A program made the translations under genes and the position numbers. A stretch of 64,000 bases of DNA from Chrysomallon squamiferum (taxonomy: Eukaryota; Animalia; Mollusca), in the NCBI GenBank assembly GCA_012295275.1, contig CM022668.1:1426001-1490000 (forward strand), read 5' to 3'. The notes below the pieces were generated by a model that made no database searches, had not been told where the DNA came from, and saw nothing but the letters and a program-made list of their open reading frames with translations. Numbering within the stretch: the stretch's first letter is position 1; each line of letters starts with the position of its first letter. Shown here piece after piece: positions 1 to 12,660 of the stretch.

Positions 1-61
1 CCTACACATAACAAGACCAGAACATCCAGCTCCTTCTGCCTGCCGTTTTCAGTCGTCCCAC

Positions 62-494
62 CTCGCCACATCTTCGCAAATATCAATGAACGAAAGGACC
101 TCAATCATCAAATTGCTTACCAGGCAAACATTATGAAACTGGACTGAACATTACAGCTTCATGTGTCTTGCCATATCTTCGCAAATATCAATGAACGAAA
201 GGACCTCAATCATCAAATGGCTTACCAGACAAACAGTATGAAACTGGACTGAACATTACAGCTTCATGTGTCTTGCCATATCTTCGCAAATATCAATGAA
301 CGAAAGGACCTCAATCATCAAATGGCTTACCAGACAAACAGTATGAAACTGGACTGAACATTACAGCTTCATGTGTCTTGCCATATCTTCGCAAATATCA
401 ATGAACGAAAGGACCTCAATCATCAAATGGCTTACCAGACAAACAGTATGAAACTGGACTGAACATTCCAGCTTCATCTGTGCGCAAGTCTGAT
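62..494 (+). repeat. Tandem repeat, 105-bp unit x ~4, within a segment duplicated at 2137-2523
   Basis: The anchor 'tcttcgcaaatatcaat' recurs at 71, 176, 281 and 386. Window 1-494 matches 2137-2523 (start offset 2136). Confidence 0.95.
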
Positions 495-714
495 TTTCCT
501 TCAACAGGCCAAAAGACGGATTCTGGGATTCTTCCAGATCTCAGTCCAAATCTGCCACCTGATCCTCCAGCACCAAAGTCACTGTAACAACACCGAACAT
601 GTCTCCTTTCTCCTACACCAGCGCAATTACCTTGACAACTATTCTTCCCATCAGCGTCCATACCTCCGCGGAAAAACGATCACCTTTGTAAGATTTATTT
701 ACTTGTCTTCTTTT

Positions 715-779
715 CTTCTTCTTCTTCTTCTTCTTCTTCTTCTTCTTCTTCTTCTTCTTCTTCTTCTTCTTCTTCTTCT
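715..779. repeat. (CTT)n microsatellite
   Basis: Direct reading; source of the spurious poly-L ORF 703-924. Confidence 0.97.
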
Positions 780-1301
780 AAACCATTACCATAATCGTCA
801 TAACCATTATCAAAATGACCATTATCATTATCATCATTATAATAATTATCACTATCATTACCACTGTAGACTATTACTGCTGCTGTTACTGCTGCTATTT
901 CTACTACATATATTGCTACTCTAATACTATTACTTCTACATCTACATTATTACTTCTGCTACTACAGCTCTGACAACGATAACAACAATTATTACTACTA
1001 ATGTTAATTCTAATTTTATTTAGATGATTTGAATAGGGTTTTATCCGATACAACAACAACAACAGCAGCAACAACAGCAATAACAACAACAACAATAGTA
1101 CAACAGCAGCAGCAACAACGATAATAACAATAATAATAATAGCCAATAAATAAATAAATATAGTTTAATTATATAATTTATTACTACTTTTATTATTAGG
1201 TCACCTATGAAAAGTGCTGATAAATACCCGGATATTCACTTCATACTTCCGGGTGTCCCCACCCTAGTTTCAGCAGTCAGAAAGTGACTTCCTCTGGATA
1301 A

Positions 1302-1645
1302 CCGCGTCTCAAAGGAAAAATATTTCAAAGACACTGAGAAAAGTTACTTCACTCTGTGTTCATTTACCGAGGCCGCCATAACCAGAACCACCTTGCTGAC
1401 CTGACAGTGTGCACCCATCCGTGTGAAGGCGTCAAATCGGTAAAGAAAATTTGTTTTTGAGATGTGTGTGTTGTGTTATATAATTATATACCCCCTCTTC
1501 CGTTAATAACAGTTTTGCAACATCCATTATCCTGATACCAAGAAAGTGGGGATTTAAAAAAAAACGAGTTTCGGTATGAATTTAAAAAAAAAAAAAAAAA
1601 AAAAAACGACTATTTTAGTGCCACGAAAAAACCCAGAATTACTAA

Positions 1646-1688
<43 letters not shown>

Positions 1689-1990
1689 TAAAAAAACCTC
1701 GTTAGCTAGCAAAAAGAATGAAAATATACTATTATTATAAATAATATAATTATATATCGTTTTAAATAGATATTGAGCTTAATCTTCATTTTATTGTAGA
1801 TCTGGTTCCAGGATTGCCGCTCTACATTTAAACGCCAGTCTCAGGATGGATACGTTTCGTGTATGAGAAATCAACTTTATGCATCGCCTGCTGTCGAGTC
1901 TGTCAACCTCAAGTCAGGAGACAGCCACGTTCTTTCTTCTTTGTCTCAGCAACCACGCAGAAATCACGTGCTTAATCAACCATCTTCAAA
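1302..1990 (+). pseudogene. Degenerate homeobox gene (homeodomain split by a phase-0 intron at residue 46/47)
   Basis: 1302-1439 (donor g|gtaaag) joined to 1800 onward (acceptor tgtag|atc) gives PRLKGKIFQRH*EKLLHSVFIYRGRHNQNHLADLTVCTHPCEGVKS|IWFQDCRSTFKRQS, exactly 60 positions. F8, L16, F20, L34, W48, F49, Q50 and R53 are retained. There is an in-frame TGA at 1335-1337, TAA at 1299-1301, and N51D and R5G changes. Confidence 0.7.
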
Positions 1991-2197
1991 GTAAATACAT
2001 TTATTCAATTTGAAAACAAAAGTATTTTAACACTGATTAGTTTGTATCTTCTTTCATAACAATAATAATCATTTTTTTTTTGTTATCAATTTGTATCTTG
2101 CATTATATCCCACCGGTGTACATTCCTTATGCCGTACCTACACATAACAAGACCAGAACATCCAGCTCCTTCTGCCTGCCGTTTTCAGTCGTCCCAC

Positions 2198-2523
2198 CTC
2201 GCCACATCTTCGCAAATATCAATCAACGAAGGACCTCGTTCATCAAATGGCTTACCAGACAAACATTATGAAACTGCACTGAACATTCCAGCTTCATGTG
2301 TCTTGCCACATCTTCGCAAATATCAATCAACGAAGGACCTCGTTCATCAAATGGCTTACCAGACAAACATTATGAAACTGCACTGAACATTCCAGCTTCA
2401 TGTGTCTTGCCATATCTTCGCAAATATCAATCAACGAAAGGACCTCGTTCATCAGTTGGCTTACCAGACAAAAATTATGAAACTGGACTGAACATTACAG
2501 CTTCATCTGTGCGCAAGTCTGAT
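2198..2523 (+). repeat. Tandem repeat, 104-bp unit x ~3 (paralogue of the 62-494 array)
   Basis: The same anchor recurs at 2207, 2311 and 2415, with the same unit sequence as 62-494. Confidence 0.95.
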
Positions 2524-2789
2524 CTTTCTACAACAGTACCAAAGAAATGATAAGAAAGCCTTCAGGAATATCCCATCACTGGATGTACTTTAACATCAAT
2601 GGACAACATTAAAACAGTCAATCCAGAATTCAAATCACCTTGCTATAAGGGGAACCTTTTATGGAACTGCTAAACAAAGTAAAAGTGCCACTATGAAGTG
2701 GAATATGTTACATACGAAATAAATATGATATTTTCATCAAAAGTATATAACTATGTCTATTTTTATATCAGTATATCTATATATCTACC

Positions 2790-2822
<33 letters not shown>

Positions 2823-3858
2823 TTATTTATATTGCCCTTTTCCTTTCTTTTTCTAAAAAGCTTCCAGAGATCTCTATTTTGTCCTTGACTTTATAGTGTA
2901 TGTATAGTAACATTATTATGAAATGCAGTGTTACCCACACTGTAGGGAAACCTGTGGGGCTGAACAAAAGTGTCCCTGCATTGCAGATGTCCCTTCATCA
3001 GAGGAACGAAAACTACAGACAAATGTTTTAGCATATTTACAATCTTTATTCACATGCATTACACCGGTATCCACAACAAACATGTATCGTTGTGGCATTG
3101 CTATAGCAAGCATCACGGTTTCTGCAAAGACACATTTACAAACACATCAGTTTCACTGATGGATGTAAATAAAACATATTTTGCACTCATAAAACTGTTA
3201 ATAAGAAAATATTGTATTTGAAACCGATATAGAGTCCCACTTGGCGCTGAGTGTAAAACAAATTATGGAATTACTGAAATATCAACGTTAGTTAAGAAAA
3301 TTATGAAATCGCATGTTTAAGCGAGCCAGCGTTTGTGACTGAAGTTCGCGATCTCTTGTGATACAACAAAAACAACAAACCCTGCACACGATATAAAGCT
3401 TCCGTACAGCAAGACAATCATTTATTTTGGAGAAATCAAATCAAATCAGTATGACTGTCCTCTTTCTCAGTGGAATAATAATAAAAGATGTTGTCCTTAT
3501 CCGCATTCAACAGGTGTCCGCTGATCGCGGAGGCCGCTAAAGACGGGTAACGTTCTTTTCCTTTAAACTGTTTATTACCTCCTTTGATTCACTCTTCCTT
3601 CGAACATAAAAACAACACGAGACAAATATACAATCCGAAGTGGTCAAGAAAACAGTTTATTTAAAGTCACATAATGTAGATTTTATTTATGTCATACTGA
3701 GTTAATGCAAAGAAGAAATGTTTACTGACTTTTTTTCTGTTTTATTTCTTCAATGGTTGAGAGTATAAATAAAATCGTCTCAAAATACACAATGTTTTTG
3801 TGAAAAATATTTAGAATGAAGTAATAATAATAACTATGTAAAATAATAATAAAATCAA

Positions 3859-3985
<127 letters not shown>

Positions 3986-4365
3986 TGTGTGTTTTGCCCA
4001 AATTTTTAATTAGCGACTGGGAATTTGTATCTGAATCCGATGATAGAATATAAAATATGATTTTTTACCAAGGAGCAGAAATAGTCATATTTTGATTTTT
4101 TACCAAGGAGCAGAAATAGTCATATTTTGAGCTTTTTGGTGCACAGACAAACTTTATTTTATACACAAAATTATTTTAAAATATTATATAAAGCATTCAT
4201 GTGGACTCTTTGTCTGAAATATAAAACGAACTCGAACTTAGACCTAGATTCTACTCTCAGGCTAGCTTCTTATATTCTAAAATCAAAAAAATTCCAATTC
4301 TGAGTTTAGCGTCTACCATTACAAAAGTAGGGATGTTTAGGTTTAGATTGTATGCTGAAAACATG

Positions 4366-4367
<2 letters not shown>

Positions 4368-4462
<95 letters not shown>
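4368..4462. repeat. (CT)n microsatellite
   Basis: Direct reading. Confidence 0.97.
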
Positions 4463-4464
<2 letters not shown>

Positions 4465-4603
4465 ATTATTAACATTATTTTATTTATTATATGATACGAA
4501 AGCACAAAAAAGGCATCAGTAAAAACAACAAAGTAACGAGGAAAACAACAACAACAGTAATGATAATGAAATCACCGACGTCATCGACGGCTACAACAAG
4601 AAA

Positions 4604-4634
<31 letters not shown>

Positions 4635-4740
4635 TGATTAATAATTATATTAATATAACAAAAAGGAATAACAATAACAACAATGTTAACAGTAACGACG
4701 ATAACAATAGCAACAAAAATAAAGAATATTACATAAGGTA

Positions 4741-4791
4741 ACCCCTAACCCTAACCAAGGAAAAAATCCTAACCTACCCTAACCCTAACCT
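4741..4791. repeat. Short degenerate interstitial (CCCTAA)n telomere-like repeat
   Basis: acccctaaccctaacc...cctaacctaccctaaccctaacc. Confidence 0.6.
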
Positions 4792-6122
4792 TAAATAATG
4801 ACATTGTTTTATGTAGGAATTACAAACCTGACAGAGAAAGGTGAAAAGCCTAACCCTGATGTGAAAATGAAATTATTAACATTCTAATTATTAACATGAA
4901 TAATGACATAATGAAAACCTCAGTAATAATATTAATAATAAAATTTACTTATTTATGTTATTTAGTTTACTCCGTTAACACCGATTAACGCGAATTCTGT
5001 TGTAAAACATTTGATTGATGTCATGGACTGCAGCAACAAAACAACGATGACAGCATTTCGTGCTGTGAAATTAAATCATGTCTGTATTCAACAAATCATG
5101 CGCAGATGACTTTTTTGTACTTACATCAGAACGAGGTTTCTGCCACTTAGTTTATAAATCTATCTGAAATACTCTTAAAATAATACAAATTGATTTCGTC
5201 TTTATTGCTGGTTTTACGGTACAATATATTTTCAGAAAACTGATTAATCTCTGTATTGTAACAGATAAAAACATCAGTATTCTGTAAACGCAGAAAGACC
5301 GTCATTTTGACTTACTGAAAATATATACAGCAAACAAAGACAAGTTTTCAGTGTTTCATAAATATGACTGAATGGTCAGTAAGTTAATTATTATAAGTAA
5401 ATAAATAAATAAAATAATAACACTGTAGAAGAAACACCGAACATGAAAACTTTCAACGTAAAAAGAATGTAAACATACCACTCTTTTGGATAATAAATAG
5501 TATTAGATACCTTAAAACTGTATGTTTATAGTTTATTATGTTATCTGTTTATTTGCTATTTGAAACAGTGTACTAATATCACTATTTTTTTCAGAAGAAA
5601 AAATCATCTGATTCAAGTAAGTTACACAGTCAAACAGCGTCATAGAGAAAGAGGATACAGACAGATAGATTTTATTTTTTACTTTTCGGTTTTGATTATG
5701 TTTATTCTTTTTCCTTTTAATCTTTAATAACTGTCGATTTCATTTAGCATAAGTTACCTGTGACTGCTTCGTTCTGCTTTTTTTTTACTTCCTGGTCTCA
5801 AGTAATCTAGATTAACAATGTTTTATCCGTATCAGATGTGAGTCATCGCTGTCAGACTAGTAACTTGGTTACTCTGTAACAGGAAGCTTTTTATCATATA
5901 TTTTGTTATTAATAACATTTGCAGATACAACTAAGTATGAAATAACTGGGAGAAACGTCTAACGGAATATGGTGACAGAACGGTGATACTTCAAAACCAG
6001 CGAAGAACCGAAATAACAGGTTACATAAGGTTTGTAATATTAGTTCCTCTTTCGCCTTAATGCATTATCTCCCTTTACTGTCTGCTGTTTCTTATGTGAG
6101 GCGTTACCGTTCGAAGTCTTGT

Positions 6123-6209
6123 GACAACAACTAGTGGATTAATCAGACAACTAGTGGATTAATCAGACAACTAGTGGATTAATCAGACAACAACTAGTGG
6201 ATTAATCAG
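6123..6209. repeat. 20-bp minisatellite x4 (acaactagtggattaatcag)
   Basis: Direct reading. Confidence 0.95.
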
Positions 6210-6540
6210 TAAAACCTGTTTTAAAAATTATGTTAACTGAAGAAAGAAAAAATAATAAAGAAATAAAGAAATAAAAAGAAAACATTCGACTGAAATCATT
6301 ATTATGCTTTGAACACCTTATGAATGAAATAAAACTTTCATACATCTAACTTAATTTTTGATTAAGCAGCACTTTTTTTTCATTCTAAATTTTGTATTTT
6401 AATCCTCAAAGAAGCATAATTTACTAACTAGCTAAATAAATTAATTAATCTTCCAAAGAAGAATTATTTTTCAAGACACTGAATTGGCATTTTAAAACAT
6501 ACATGAATAAATGTAAAGCGACATATGTGTATGTATATGG

Positions 6541-6773
<233 letters not shown>

Positions 6774-6938
6774 GTTATTATAAAACAGATCTATGACTCA
6801 GTGTAAGTATTACATATTTTGTATTTAGAGATGATATAGATATTTATAGCATTTATTCGCTTGTAGTCACTGTTATAACCTTCTTTTTTCTTCTACATTT
6901 TTTTGTTTTTTTTGTTGTTGTTTTTTTGTTTAAAGAAA

Positions 6939-7531
6939 ATGTCTGAGCGTGGGAACCAAGTAAACTCTAAGTCTGTACTGAAGGTGAAATTAGTTCTTGT
7001 TGGAGACATGGAGGTTGGGAAAACTTCTCTGGCACTTAAATTCGCAAAAGGAACTTTCAGTGAAACCTACCAGAACACTGTTGGTGGTATGTGTTTAATC
7101 CTTGGTTTGTTCGTTTGTGCCTTCGATTGTGTAATATTCATATGTGTGTGTGTGTGTGTGTTGTGTGTGTGTGTGTGTGTGTGTGTGTGTCTGGAAATAA
7201 CGAATAAATAAAAAGAGACTTCTCCACGTAGGAAAGTCACATTTTAACTGTTGGTGATATTATCTATGTGATGTAGGTAATTTCTTATGCCGCGTTATCA
7301 AAATAACAGTCATTGTATTGTCACTGTGGTTTTCCCCTACGTGTCTAAAAATAGAACTTTTGTAATTTCCCTACTTTCGCGAGTCGGCTATTGCCCCATC
7401 TACTTTTTATGATCTTTATCATAACTTCAATTCTGCATTACTCATGTATTTTTATTAATAATTCCGTTTGTTTAAATCCTCTAATTTTCTTTAATTTATA
7501 AAAAAAATTATTATATTATTATATTATTATT

Positions 7532-7627
<96 letters not shown>

Positions 7628-8256
7628 TATATGTTTTTCATTTATACATCTATATATTTGTTTGTTCTTGCAGCGAGTTTTCTGGTAAAAATGGTTGAAA
7701 CGTCAAATAAAATTATTATTTTTCACATCTGGGACACGGCTGGACAAGAGCGGTTCCACAGCCTCATTCCCATGTACCTGAGAGACGCAAAGGCCGCCAT
7801 TGTTCTTTATGACATCACAAGTCAGGTTTGTCTGTTTTCAAATTTAGTTACGTGTATCAACGTGCACGACAGTCACTAAGCGCACACACACAACACAATG
7901 GACGATGCTGCATACAACATACCACCACTCTACTACTACTGCAACAGCCTATGCTGCTGTAGCTGCTGCTATTATTGTTATTATTACTATTTGTCTTCTT
8001 TTTTTCTTCTTCTTCTTCTTCCTCGTATTATTAGCTGAGTAAGTGTTAAAGTTTATGTTTCTAAGGACTCGTTCAATGGTGTTAAAGACGTCTGGATGAG
8101 GAAGCTGAGGACGGACGGACCGCAGACGCTGGTGCCGGTCATTGTGGGAAACAAGCTGGATCTGGCGTCTGAGAGACAAGTCGACTTTCAGGTTTCAGTT
8201 TTATCATTTGTGTTAATCCACTTCATACTGTTAAAGCATGATACTGTTAAAACAAT

Positions 8257-8287
<31 letters not shown>

Positions 8288-8361
8288 TCAACAATAATAA
8301 TAATAACAGCAACGCCATCAACATCAACAACAACATCAACATCATCATGAACAAAAACAAT

Positions 8362-8396
<35 letters not shown>

Positions 8397-9445
8397 TAAT
8401 AACAACAACATTACGTAAAACATTAAAAAATAAAATAAATAAAAAAATATAGAAAAATTGAAAAACATAGAGATAAAACTGCTCAGCGTAGAACATCAGC
8501 CTGCATTTAAACATTTATTTTAATCTTAATTCAGATATACAGAGATTTAAATAACCAAAGCATTATTATAATAGCAACAATCCAAATAATGTCGGACATA
8601 GACTAGTATATTCTGTTTTTATGTCAATCATTTCATTCTGATGTAATTTGAAACTGTGAAGTGAGTGTTCACGTTTTCTAGACAAGTGGAAAATTATTAG
8701 TATTTAACTATCAAACAGGAAAAATAAATCAAAATTATTAGTATTTAACTATCAAACAGGAAAAATAAATCAAAATTATTAGTATTTAACTATCAAACAG
8801 GAAAAATAAATCAAAATTATTAGTATTTAACTATCAAACAGGAAAAATAAATAGTAAATTATTAGTATTTAACTATCAAACAGGAAAAATAAATCAAAAT
8901 TATTAGTATTTAACTATCAAACAGGAAAAATAAATCAAATTTATTAGAAAATATAACGCAGAAGGAAAACATGTGAGAGAATATTTTAATTTGCGTACCA
9001 GTCTCACATTTCTAATGTTTATGTTAAGGATATTTGAAGAACGTTTCTGTTTTCTGCGTCGACTGGTTTGGGGCTTGTAAAATTTGCTGCTAACACAGAA
9101 ACATGAAAAATGCACGCAGTTATAAATTTAAATATGTCAGACTCTGTATTATAAAGAACCAGTTACAGTTTCAAAAAATCTGCTTTCAGTCGGGTGAGGC
9201 GTTTGCTTCGAAATGGCATTGCATGTTCGCAGAAACCTCAGCTAAAACAGGAGAAAATGTCGAGAAGCTTTTTACTGACATTGGTAAGTCTGACTTACAC
9301 TGCAGCCATTAACATTTTGTCACAGAAAATCTGTTTTATCACAAAACACGTGCAGACCGTGTTCGTCTTGTGTGTTAGAAGGACGCAAAAAAGACTGGTG
9401 TTAATGAAACTGTCATGATTCAATTTAGTGTCATGCTTGTATGTC

Positions 9446-9476
<31 letters not shown>

Positions 9477-9538
9477 TTCTTGTATGTGTGTTTGTTTGTA
9501 TATGTTTGTTAATTTGTGCATGTGTTTCTCTGTGTAGG

Positions 9539-9569
<31 letters not shown>

Positions 9570-9967
9570 GTGTGTGTGCGTGTGTATATGTTTGTGTATA
9601 TGCGTTTGTGTATATGCGTTTGTGTATATGTTTGTGTATGTATGTGTGTATCTGTGTGACTGTGTCTGCATCTCTGTTTCTCTGAGTGTGTATATGTCTC
9701 TGTATGTGTATGTATATGTATGTATCGGTGTGTGTGGCTGTATGTATGTGTTTCTGTGTGTAAGTGTATATATATGAGCATGTATTTGTATCTGTGTATC
9801 GGTGTGTGTATCTGTGTGTGTGCGTGTGTGCGTTATAACATAATTTTAGCGCTTGTAATGTTGTTGCATTACACATACTAAAATACAGCGCAGTTTGTTG
9901 TTACATGATTTATTCCACTCTTTGCTTCAGCCTAGACTCGTACAGAAACAGACAGAAATAGATTTAG

Positions 9968-10009
<42 letters not shown>

Positions 10010-10486
10010 GTCACATATGTACAAATACTTATATATTATATTATATCATATTGTGTTGTGTTGTGTTATATTATATTATATAGTGTTATGTTGTATTATA
10101 TTATATTATATTATATTATATTATATTATATTATATTATATTATATTATATTATATTATATTATATTATATTATATTATATAGTGGTGTGTTGTGTTGTG
10201 TTATATTCTATTATATTCTATTATATTCTATTTATATTATATTATATTATATTATATTATATTATATAGTGGTGTGTTGTGTTGTGTTGTATTATATTAT
10301 ATTATATAGTGTTGTGTTGTATTATATTATATTATATATTATGTTGTATTATATTATATTATATTATATTCTACAGCAAGCAGCCTGAGTGAGGTTGAGA
10401 CAAGATGGGATGAGACTGAGCAGTGTTCAGTGGTTAACTTGGAAGACTCCACTGAGACCGAAACGAAGAAAAAACGATGTTGTTAA
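6939..10486 (+). CDS. Rab-family small GTPase (Rab5/Rab22 supergroup-like, divergent), 209 aa, 5 coding exons
   Basis: Exons 6939-7086, 7674-7825, 8066-8191, 9190-9283 and 10377-10486 are all GT-AG with phases consistent (630 nt). Motifs: GDMEVGKTS, YQNTVGASF, WDTAGQERFHSLIPMY, GNKLD, ETSAKTG and C-terminal KKKRCC* (geranylgeranylation). Confidence 0.93.
8691..8946. repeat. ~41-bp intronic minisatellite x ~6
   Basis: Unit aaattattagtatttaactatcaaacaggaaaaataaatca repeated in Rab intron 3. Confidence 0.95.
10032..10370. repeat. (TATAT)n/(TGTGT)n pentanucleotide satellite abutting the last Rab acceptor
   Basis: Direct reading; ends immediately before ctacag at 10371-10376. Confidence 0.95.
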
Positions 10487-11138
10487 CTGTTGTGAGAGAC
10501 TCACTGTAATACAGATATTTATTTGTGGACGTCACTCGTTCGCTTCACCCAGCATTTCATTGACGTACCCAGGGGTGGGTCTGTTACGAAATTCATGAAG
10601 CATAAACTTCACCGCACATAATTCCATTTCATCAAAATTTTAATCTAAATTTGTAAAACCTGTCATCGATACTGTCACTGAAGAAGATAAGAGTGTTTCC
10701 CACATCCCACTGCTGCTTGTGTAGGGCTCCAAAATAAATTCAGTGGTATTTTTTCTCCTCTATATTCTGTTATTTGCTGAATGTTCTTCGTGCTTCTAGC
10801 ATTTAATTTTAGCATGCATGAATCTATTAATTCTATATAAATACAGTTTTATTGTAAGAGAAATAATAACAATAATGATAATGATATCAAAACGATCAAA
10901 CAATATTAACAATATTAAACTAAGAGAACATCTAGATACCATTTTCTGTTTACCAAATATAACAAATACAGATTTCTTATTATTACTACCGCCGCTACTA
11001 CTACAACTACTACTACTACTACCACTATCACTACCAATATTGCCACTACTACTACTACTATTGCTGCTGCTACTACTACTACTACAACTACTACTACTAC
11101 TACCACTATTGCCACTACTACTACTACTATTACTACTG

Positions 11139-11180
<42 letters not shown>

Positions 11181-12129
11181 TTATTATTATTACATATGAT
11201 AAATTGGTAAACAGTGATATATACAAGTTAACTACTAAATATTTTCAGGTTTTGATTTATTTTATTATGCTATTCTTTTTTTTTTTTTTTTTTTGTGTAA
11301 ATAGATATTCACAAATCATATAATATTTAAGAAAACATGAGATAAAACCATGTAGCAGGCATATTTAATTTATTTCAACGCATTTTTATAAGCATAGATT
11401 TTTAATTTCCATCTTGCTTTTTTATTTATTTTTTCCCCAGTTGTTTTAGAAATCCGCATAATAGTAATACTGAGTAATGTGAATTTGCTTTAAAGATCTC
11501 ATAAACTTACAGCAGATGAACAAAGATTTGATTAAATGTTTGAATTTAGAAATCATCTAGGTTCTTATGCATCAGTTTTCACTACTGTTAAGAACAGACG
11601 AGAAGAAATAAGATGTTAGGTTTGGAAAGGCTGCAAAAGAACACAAATCTCGTCTGCTTCCTACTTAATTCAAATTATCAGAGGGAATCTTAACTGAAAA
11701 TAAATAAATAAATAATAAAAAATATAATAAAATAAAAACCCAGTCTGTTATTTTGTTATATCGAAGTCTTTATTGTATATTAACTGGAGAATTGTATCTT
11801 CAGTACAAAGAAAGTGTAGTGTAAAATTATCATAACTGAACCTGACATTTCCAGTAGTGAACGTTGTTGCTTTGTTTGACAACGGAGTAAAACAACAACA
11901 AAAATAAAGTATTTTTTTAAATATCTTGTCTCTGTTCTTCATTAATTGCTCATACACGCTTCCGAGCTTGTTTTATGTTCTGCATTTTAACTAACGTGAT
12001 ATTGTTTTTTTCAGGACGAATTAGAAATGTCTAGTCATTGTTTTGTTATATAAAAATTTGGTATTTTTATTTATTATTATATTTTGTAAATTGAACCTTT
12101 CGTGAAAATGTTCTCCTCGTGACCCACTG

Positions 12130-12316
12130 ATCGATAACCAGTCTGTCACTGCCACAGTAACCAGGTTTCAGCGTCATCGAGTTTCGAGTCTTCGCTCTGC
12201 TCTCCCCATTTCCACTAACGATTTCTCGGCTTACAGAGTCGCGACTGCACAAACTCATCCGTCTCCGCGTCTGGGAGTGTTTTCTCACAACCACTGAGAC
12301 TTGCACGTCAACGTCT
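12130..12316 (+). other. Probable non-coding first exon (likely of the CD225 gene)
   Basis: GC/CpG-richer island ending in a consensus donor tct|gtaagt at 12316/12317. Candidate acceptors lie at 15030 and 15176, upstream of the CD225 ATG. Confidence 0.4.
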
Positions 12317-12509
12317 GTAAGTAACATTCTTTATTTTCCAATACTAACGTGTATAATGCAGGTTTCTTAATCAACGACGTGTTTTTTTCAAAACTGGAAA
12401 GACGATTTTCAAACAGGTAGAGTTGATCTATTTCAATTTGCACTTGGATGTTATATCTATGTTTTAAGTCAAGAAAATATGCAATTTTTGGATGTACAAG
12501 TGACAGAAG

Positions 12510-12660
12510 AAGGATAAAAGGAAGGAAATATTTTATTTAACGATGCTTTCAAAACGTTATATGGCGTCAGACACGATGTTGTCAAAGACCACTCAGCTAA
12601 CGAGAGAAAATCCGCAGCTGCTACATTACGGCCGCTCTTTCCAATTAGCAGCAAGAATTT
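12510..12660 (-). mobile_element. Decayed SINE-like repeat fragment
   Basis: aggaaggaaatattttatttaacga...ttatatggcgtcagaca...gaccac...ctctttccaattagcagcaag resembles the reverse complement of the 3' end of an abundant gastropod SINE-like repeat. This is recalled, not searched. Confidence 0.6.

Noticed and set aside
416-661. Minus-strand ORF MDADGKNSCQ...
   Set aside because: It is antisense to the duplicated homeobox-locus sequence, runs into the tandem repeat and has no domain.
703-1146. Poly-L/H/I ORFs (also 4257-4505, 6503-6783, 8188-8514, 9295-9876, 10008-10388, 10818-11226, 19013-19235)
   Set aside because: These are translations of microsatellites with no splice context or domain.
1208-1439. 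Frame MKSADKYP... with two in-frame TGA codons as a possible selenoprotein
   Set aside because: No Sec motif or SECIS is recognisable, and another frame explains the exon as a decayed homeobox.
2923-3550. Cys-rich ORFs and possible non-autonomous DNA-transposon ends
   Set aside because: Subterminal-like motifs are present (tgtccctgcattgcagatgtccctt; tgtccgctgatcgcggaggccgct), but I could not define TIRs or a TSD, and there is no coding signal.
4741-4791. True telomere or chromosome-fusion scar
   Set aside because: The repeat is too short and degenerate; such motifs are common in transposon remnants.
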